DNA from: Fibrobacterota bacterium
GTDB taxonomy: Bacteria > Fibrobacterota > Fibrobacteria > UBA11236
Assembly: GCA_043753995.1 (NCBI GenBank)
Contig: JAYUVP010000160.1
Coordinates: 1 to 11,748 of the forward strand
Length of the DNA stretch: 11,748 bases
Direction: 5' to 3'
Shown here: in pieces, positions 6,152-11,748 of the stretch
How the letters are laid out: every line of letters starts with the position of its first letter
How positions within the stretch are numbered: position 1 is the stretch's first letter
Program-made: the position numbers and the translations under genes
Notes under the pieces: generated by a model
Databases searched by the model: none
Seen by the model: only the letters and a program-made list of their open reading frames with translations
What the model was told of the DNA's origin: nothing

Positions 6152-7968
6152 TGAAACCTTGGATGACCCATGCTGTGGTGGCCGTAGCGGCGGCTTCGGT
6201 GGCGGGTGGCTTGGCGTGGTGGGGGCGAGGGAATGATGTCGCCGTGGCAAAATCTTCTATCGAACGTGATAAAGAGAAAAAACAGGCCGCCAAGGTGATG
6301 TACAACTGTCCCATGCATCCTTGGATTATCAAGGAGGAGCCCGGCCATTGCCCCATTTGTGGGATGTCTTTGGTGCCCATGAAGGATCATGGCCAAGGAG
6401 CCCCCGTGGAGGCGAGCCAAGGCGCCATACATATCGATCCTTCGGTGATACAGAATATGGGCGTGAAGACCGAAGTGGTGCGCGTCCGGGATCTTTCCAA
6501 GGTGGTGCGCCTATCCGGAAAACTGGCTGGCGACGAGACGCGCCAAGTCTCGGTTAATGCCAAAATCATGGGCTGGGTGGAAAAGCTCAATGCGGATTAT
6601 CTGGGCAAGCCCATCAAGGCTGGCGAAGTGCTCATGGAGCTCTATAGTCCTGACCTTCTCGCCACTCAAGAAGAATTTCTGCAAGCCCTCCGCTATTCTC
6701 GCGGGCTGCCAGCCAGCGCCACGACCGAGACCCGTCGTAGCGCCGAAGACCTCGTGACCAGTGCGCGACGGCGGCTGGAGTATTGGGATATTCCCGCTTC
6801 GGCCATTGACCGCCTCATCCGCGATGGAAAGGTGAGAAAGACCTTGCCCATGGTGTCCCCGGCCTCGGGGGTTGTGATAGCGAAGAATGTGGTGGAAGGC
6901 CAGAATATCATGGCTGGCACCGAGCTGCTTCGCATTGCCGATCTCAGCCGCATCTGGGCCCTGGGCGAAATCTATCAGGAAGATTTGCCCTATGTGAAGG
7001 TCGGGCAAAAGGCCAGAGTGCTGATCTCCTACTTGCCTGGAAAATTCTTCGATGGCAAGGTGGCCTTCATTGCGCCTGTCCTCGATCCGCAGAGCAAGAC
7101 CACGGTGGTGCGCGTCGAATTGCGCAATACGCCGGACCTGTTACTCAAACCCGAGATGGTCGCCGACGTCGAACTTTCCTTTCCCGTAGGCGAGAAGCTA
7201 GCGGTGCCCGATCAAGCCATCATTCGAACCGGCCGGCGCAATGTGGCCATCATCGCCTTGGGCGAAGGCTATTTCGAGCCCAGGGACGTGGAGCTGGGCG
7301 CCTCGGCGGGGGAATACGTGCAAATCTTGAGCGGACTCAAGGAGGGAGAGGTGCTGGTAACCTCCTCCCAATTCTTGATCGATTCCGAGAGTAATTTGAA
7401 ATCGGCGGTCATGGGCATGGGCGGGGGTAACTCTGGCGCTACTGCTCCGGCGGGCAAGGCTCCGCTACCCGTGGAGCCGGGTCATGCTGTGTCAACCGAC
7501 CCTGCCACGCATACCCAGGTAGACACGCTCAAGGCCTTCCGTCTGGGGCTCGGAAAGGTTTTCGAGACCTACCTGCCCCTGCAAGCCGCCTTGGCTTCTG
7601 ACGACACCGCGAAAGCGCGCAAAGCCGTCACAGGCCTGAAGGCCGCCCTGTCCCAGGTCGAAGGCAAGGATTTGAAAGACGCCGTCCTTTGGAGCGACTC
7701 CCGGAAAATTCTGCTGACCTCCCTCGTTTCCATGGAAAAGGCTACTGATATCACAGGGCTGCGCGGCCCCTTTCAGGAGGCCAGCCATGCCCTGATCGCC
7801 TTGCTGCGCCACTACGGCTACGAGGCCTCGGGCAAGGCTCGGGTATTTCATTGCACCATGGCCAAAGACGGACGCGGAGCCGATTGGATTCAGAGCGATA
7901 AGGAAACGCGCAATCCCTACTATGGCGCTGACATGGCCACTTGCGGTGACGATCAGGGAACCCTTTGA
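6148..7968 (+). CDS. cusB: CusB-type RND periplasmic adaptor with N-terminal heavy-metal-binding domain and C-terminal DUF3347-like domain
   Basis: Membrane anchor; YNCPMHPWIIKEEPGHCPICGMSL; adaptor motifs GWVEKL, LYSPDLLATQEEFL, IADLSRIW, LKPEM and QFLIDSESNL; C-terminal FHCTMA...NPYYGADMATCG. AAGGAG at 6135-6140 and an ATGA overlap with the OMF stop support start 6148. Confidence 0.93.
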   Translation: MMKPWMTHAVVAVAAASVAGGLAWWGRGNDVAVAKSSIERDKEKKQAAKVMYNCPMHPWIIKEEPGHCPICGMSLVPMKDHGQGAPVEASQGAIHIDPSVIQNMGVKTEVVRVRDLSKVVRLSGKLAGDETRQVSVNAKIMGWVEKLNADYLGKPIKAGEVLMELYSPDLLATQEEFLQALRYSRGLPASATTETRRSAEDLVTSARRRLEYWDIPASAIDRLIRDGKVRKTLPMVSPASGVVIAKNVVEGQNIMAGTELLRIADLSRIWALGEIYQEDLPYVKVGQKARVLISYLPGKFFDGKVAFIAPVLDPQSKTTVVRVELRNTPDLLLKPEMVADVELSFPVGEKLAVPDQAIIRTGRRNVAIIALGEGYFEPRDVELGASAGEYVQILSGLKEGEVLVTSSQFLIDSESNLKSAVMGMGGGNSGATAPAGKAPLPVEPGHAVSTDPATHTQVDTLKAFRLGLGKVFETYLPLQAALASDDTAKARKAVTGLKAALSQVEGKDLKDAVLWSDSRKILLTSLVSMEKATDITGLRGPFQEASHALIALLRHYGYEASGKARVFHCTMAKDGRGADWIQSDKETRNPYYGADMATCGDDQGTL

Positions 7969-7992
7969 GCCACGCTGGAAGGGGAAGAGCCC

Positions 7993-10900
7993 ATGCTTGA
8001 GAAAATCATAGAATGGTCCATCCGCAACCGATTCCTGGTCATACTCCTGACGGCCCTGGGAATTGCAGGCGGCCTCTATTCGCTTAAGCACACCCCCGTC
8101 GATGCCATACCGGATCTCTCTGATGTCCAAGTCATCATTTACACGGAATATCCTGGCCAAAGCCCGCGTACCGTCGAAGACCAAATCTCCTATCCGCTCA
8201 CCACCGCCTTGGTCTCGGTTCCTGGGTCCAAGACCGTACGTGGCTATTCCTTTTTCGGATACTCCCTCGTCTATATCATTTTCGAAGATGGCACCGATCT
8301 CTACTGGGCTCGAACCCGTGTGCTCGAATACCTCAACTATGCCCAGAAGCGTCTCCCTGCGGGCGTGGTGCCGACTCTAGGGCCCGATGCCACCGGGGTG
8401 GGCTGGGTTTTTGAATATGCCCTGGTCTCCAAGGAGCATTCCCTGCAAGAGTTGCGCTCCATGCAGGATTGGTTTTTGAAGTATGAGCTTTCCAGCGTTC
8501 AGGGCGTGAGCGAGGTCGCCAGCATTGGTGGCTATGTCAAGCAATACCAAGTTACGGTGGAGCCTGCCAAGCTGCATGCCTATGGCCTTTCCATCTCTCA
8601 AATCGAGATGGCCATCATGAATTCAAACAAGGATGCCGGCGGAGAAGTGCTGGAAATGGGCGAAGCGGAATTCATGATTCGCGGCCTGGGTTATCTCCGC
8701 TCCAAAGAGGATATCGGCAATATTCCCGTGCGTTTGCCCAGTCCGGTGAAGGCTGGCGGCATGAGCATGGGTGGTTCGGAACCATCAAGCAAAAGCAATG
8801 GTGACGATGGCGGGGCCATGGGAGCACCCATCTATCTCAAAGATGTGGCTCATGTCACGGTAGGCCCAGAAATGCGCCGGGGCATAGCCGAGCTCGATGG
8901 CCAAGGCGAGGTCGCGGGCGGCATTGTGCTCATGCGCTCGGGCGAAAATGCGCGCGATGTCATCGCAGCAGTGAAGCATCGACTGAAGGAGGCTCAAGCG
9001 GGCTTGCCCGCTGGAGTGGAAATCGTCCCAACCTACGATCGATCGGTTTTGATCGAAAGGGCCATAGACAATTTGCGGAATAAGCTGCTTGAGGAAATAC
9101 TCATCGTCGCTGTAATCTGTGCCATCTTTCTACTCCATGTTCGCAGCGCCTTGGTGGCCGTTTTCACCTTGCCCACCGCCATCCTGCTTTCCTTCATCGT
9201 CATGCGCTGGCAGGGCATAGACGCCAATATCATGTCCTTGGGTGGTATTGCCATTGCCGTTGGCGCCATGGTGGACGCGGCCATTATTCTCATCGAAAAC
9301 GCTCACAAGCATATTGAGCGCGAAAATGAAAAGCCCTTAGCCGAGCGCCGCGATCACTGGGAGCTCATACTCGAGGCCTCCAAGGAAGTGGGACCGGCCC
9401 TGTTCTGGTCTCTTTTGCTCATCACCGTTTCCTTCATCCCCGTCTTCACTCTGGGATCCCAAGAAGGGCGGATGTTCCGCCCCTTGGCCTTCACCAAAAC
9501 CTATGCCATGGCTGCCTCGGCTTTGCTGGCGGTCACCATAGTGCCCATACTCATGGGTTATTTCGTGCGTGGAAAAATTCTGCGCGAAGATCGCAATCCC
9601 ATCAACCGCCTTCTCATTCGCCTTTATCATCCCGTGGTGCGCTGGACTCTCTCTCATCCCCGTATCGTCCTCGCTACGGCCCTCCTCACGGTGGCGGCAA
9701 CCGTCCTCCCTTTCCGCAAGCTTGGCTCCGAGTTCATGCCGTCTTTATACGAGGGTGACTTATTGTATATGCCGACCACCTTGCCCGGCATTTCGGTGAC
9801 CAAGGCCCGGCAAATACTCCAGCAAACCGACAAAATCATCGCCAGCTTTCCGGAAGTGGAGCGAGTCTTCGGCAAGGTCGGCCGCGCCGAGACCGCCACC
9901 GACCCAGCGGGCTTGGATATGATCGAAACCATCATTCGCCTCAAGCCCGAAAAGGAATGGCGCAAAGGCATGACAGTGGAGAAGCTGACCCAGGAAATGG
10001 ACGCAGCCATACAGTTTCCCGGCCTCACCAATTCCTGGACCATGCCCATCAAGACCCGCTTGGACATGCTTTCCACCGGCATCAAGACTCCGGTGGGCAT
10101 TAAGATTTCCGGGCCCAATCTGGACACCCTGCAAATGCTTGGCGCGGATGTAGAAGCGGCCGTCCGCGAGGTGCCAGGAACCGCCTCGGCTTTCGCCGAG
10201 CGGGCCGCTGGCGGAAACTATCTGGATATCAACATCGATCGCCGCGAAGCCGCGCGCTATGGCCTCACCGTCGAAGATGTTCAGAAAGTCATACGCACGG
10301 CCCTGGGAGGCATGTCGGTGACCACAACCGTGGAAGGCCTGGAGCGCTATCCTGTGAACCTGCGCTATCCGCGTGAGCTAAGAGACAATCTGGACGACAT
10401 GCGCCGAGTGCTGGTCTCGCTTCCCGGCAAGGGTCACGTGCCCCTCGGACAGATTGCCCAAATTTCCCCGACCAAGGGACCCATGGTCATACGCAGTGAG
10501 AATACCCGGCCCAATGCCTGGGTTTTCGTGGACTTGCGTGATTCCGATATCGGTGGCTATGTGGAAAGGGCTCGCAAGGCCGTGGCCGCCAAGGTCAAAC
10601 TCCCACCCGGCTATACCGTGATTTGGAGCGGTCAATTCGAATACATGGAAAGGATGAAGGACAGGCTCAAGGTTGTGATCCCGCTCACTCTCGTCATCAT
10701 TCTGCTCATTCTTTTTCTCAATACCCAAAGCGGGGTCAAAACCGCCATCGTGTTTCTGGCCGTCCCCTTTTCCTTGGTGGGCGCCATCTGGTTCCTTTAT
10801 TTGCTCGGCTACAATATGAGCCTGGCCGTCTGGGTAGGGCTTATCGCCTTAGCTGGACTCGACGCCGAAACCGGCGTGGTCATGCTCCTCTATTTGGATC

Positions 10901-11196
10901 AGGCTTACGAAGAAGCGCGCCGCAAAGGCCTCATGCGCACGGTGACCGATCTCAAGGAGGCCATTGACCATGGCGCCGTGAAGCGTGTGCGACCCAAGGT
11001 CATGACGGCCTGCGTCATTATCGCCGGCCTGGTTCCGATCTTGTGGAGCCATGGTACAGGTTCCGACGTGATGAAGCGCATCGCGGCGCCCATGGTGGGC
11101 GGCGTGGTCACCTCGGTAATCCTGGAATTAGCGGTATACCCGGTTCTCTATTTCCTGTGGCGTAAGCGGGGGTTGGCCAAGGTGGATGGTAACTGA
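7993..11196 (+). CDS. cusA: CusA/SilA-type heavy-metal efflux RND permease
   Basis: DAIPDLSDVQVII, LGPDATGVGWVFEY, NIMSLGGIAIAVGAMVDAAI, RPLAFTKT and RVRPKVMT. Equivalents of the CusA Met triad (EGDLLYMP, LDMIET, RLDMLSTG) are present. 1067 aa. Confidence 0.97.
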   Translation: MLEKIIEWSIRNRFLVILLTALGIAGGLYSLKHTPVDAIPDLSDVQVIIYTEYPGQSPRTVEDQISYPLTTALVSVPGSKTVRGYSFFGYSLVYIIFEDGTDLYWARTRVLEYLNYAQKRLPAGVVPTLGPDATGVGWVFEYALVSKEHSLQELRSMQDWFLKYELSSVQGVSEVASIGGYVKQYQVTVEPAKLHAYGLSISQIEMAIMNSNKDAGGEVLEMGEAEFMIRGLGYLRSKEDIGNIPVRLPSPVKAGGMSMGGSEPSSKSNGDDGGAMGAPIYLKDVAHVTVGPEMRRGIAELDGQGEVAGGIVLMRSGENARDVIAAVKHRLKEAQAGLPAGVEIVPTYDRSVLIERAIDNLRNKLLEEILIVAVICAIFLLHVRSALVAVFTLPTAILLSFIVMRWQGIDANIMSLGGIAIAVGAMVDAAIILIENAHKHIERENEKPLAERRDHWELILEASKEVGPALFWSLLLITVSFIPVFTLGSQEGRMFRPLAFTKTYAMAASALLAVTIVPILMGYFVRGKILREDRNPINRLLIRLYHPVVRWTLSHPRIVLATALLTVAATVLPFRKLGSEFMPSLYEGDLLYMPTTLPGISVTKARQILQQTDKIIASFPEVERVFGKVGRAETATDPAGLDMIETIIRLKPEKEWRKGMTVEKLTQEMDAAIQFPGLTNSWTMPIKTRLDMLSTGIKTPVGIKISGPNLDTLQMLGADVEAAVREVPGTASAFAERAAGGNYLDINIDRREAARYGLTVEDVQKVIRTALGGMSVTTTVEGLERYPVNLRYPRELRDNLDDMRRVLVSLPGKGHVPLGQIAQISPTKGPMVIRSENTRPNAWVFVDLRDSDIGGYVERARKAVAAKVKLPPGYTVIWSGQFEYMERMKDRLKVVIPLTLVIILLILFLNTQSGVKTAIVFLAVPFSLVGAIWFLYLLGYNMSLAVWVGLIALAGLDAETGVVMLLYLDQAYEEARRKGLMRTVTDLKEAIDHGAVKRVRPKVMTACVIIAGLVPILWSHGTGSDVMKRIAAPMVGGVVTSVILELAVYPVLYFLWRKRGLAKVDGN

Positions 11197-11254
11197 GTCT
11201 CGATGAGATGCGTAGAATACCATCCTTCACGACACACAAATTTAAGGGCTGGGA

Positions 11255-11584
11255 TTAAGGCTTGGGCTTTTTCTTTTTAGGCAGGGGCAATTCCTTCGCC
11301 GTCACGCGCAACAAATCGCACAACCACTCGGCGTCTTCCCACTGGTCGGCCTCAATCAGAAAGTGCTTCTTCGCGCCCGGATAAGGTGAGCCTTCCGCAA
11401 CATTCACGAGCTTAGACTTTCCCGCGGTCGTGGGCTTGAGGTAGAGCTGGTTATCACATACGAGCCCGACCGGCTTGCCTGCCAGATACAGACAGTATTC
11501 GCCGAACATCTTCCGGGCCGAGGCTTCGCCTGCTTTGGAAAGCTGGTCCAGCAAAAAGTCGATGGTTTTCTGGGTGGTTGCCAT
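11255..11584 (-). CDS. TfoX/Sxy N-terminal-domain protein
   Basis: RKMFGEYCLY, GLVCDNQLYLKPT, PYPGAK, WLCDL and a basic tail PKKKKPKP. GAGG upstream of the ATG. Confidence 0.88.
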   Translation of the reverse strand: MATTQKTIDFLLDQLSKAGEASARKMFGEYCLYLAGKPVGLVCDNQLYLKPTTAGKSKLVNVAEGSPYPGAKKHFLIEADQWEDAEWLCDLLRVTAKELPLPKKKKPKP

Positions 11585-11748
11585 TTCCGCCTCTTCAATC
11601 CAGGAAGGAGGATAAATTGTTAAAAATGAAAAAATTTACGGAATTATTTTAATCCATTTTAACTTATTTCTAGGGTGCGGCGCTTTAGGGAAAAGTCCCA
11701 AGAATTTCAACATCGCGATCATTGTCAGGCGGGGATCATTGGGTCTTT

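Noticed and set aside
7492..8184. 230-aa minus-strand ORF, and the other short ORFs nested in the main genes
   Set aside because: They lie antisense or off-frame to well-supported genes and show no independent domain signal.
11197..11254. Terminator between cusA and the TfoX-like gene
   Set aside because: Only a 4-bp stem (TCTC-GAT-GAGA) with no U-tract.
11704..11712. ATTTCAACA, resembling half of the candidate activator site
   Set aside because: Single half-site with no partner arm, and no -24/-12 element was seen nearby.
1..11748. Mobile element, CRISPR array or RNA genes
   Set aside because: No transposase or integrase, terminal repeats, spaced direct repeats or tRNA/rRNA-like sequence seen; the window is almost entirely protein-coding.

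Overview
Bacterial heavy-metal (most likely Cu(I)/Ag(I)) homeostasis locus built around a divergent promoter region at about 4536-4792. The rightward operon encodes a TolC/CusC-like outer-membrane factor, a CusB-like adaptor (N-terminal CPMHP/CPxCGM metal-binding domain, C-terminal DUF3347-like domain) and a CusA-type RND pump. The leftward operon encodes a secreted His-rich DUF3347-like protein, a DUF2231-like membrane protein, an intramembrane-type histidine kinase and a sigma54-dependent NtrC-family response regulator. The intergenic DNA holds two back-to-back sigma54 -24/-12 elements, two TGYTG-N6-CAACA palindromes 31 bp apart (candidate enhancer sites) and an AAATCCAA octamer at the same offset from each promoter. 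At the left edge, the 3' part of a beta-barrel/porin-like gene with a His/Gly loop and a small monoheme cytochrome c converge on the regulator. At the right edge a TfoX_N-like gene converges on cusA. No RNA genes, CRISPR array or mobile element were seen. Family assignments come from motif recognition by eye; no searches were run.
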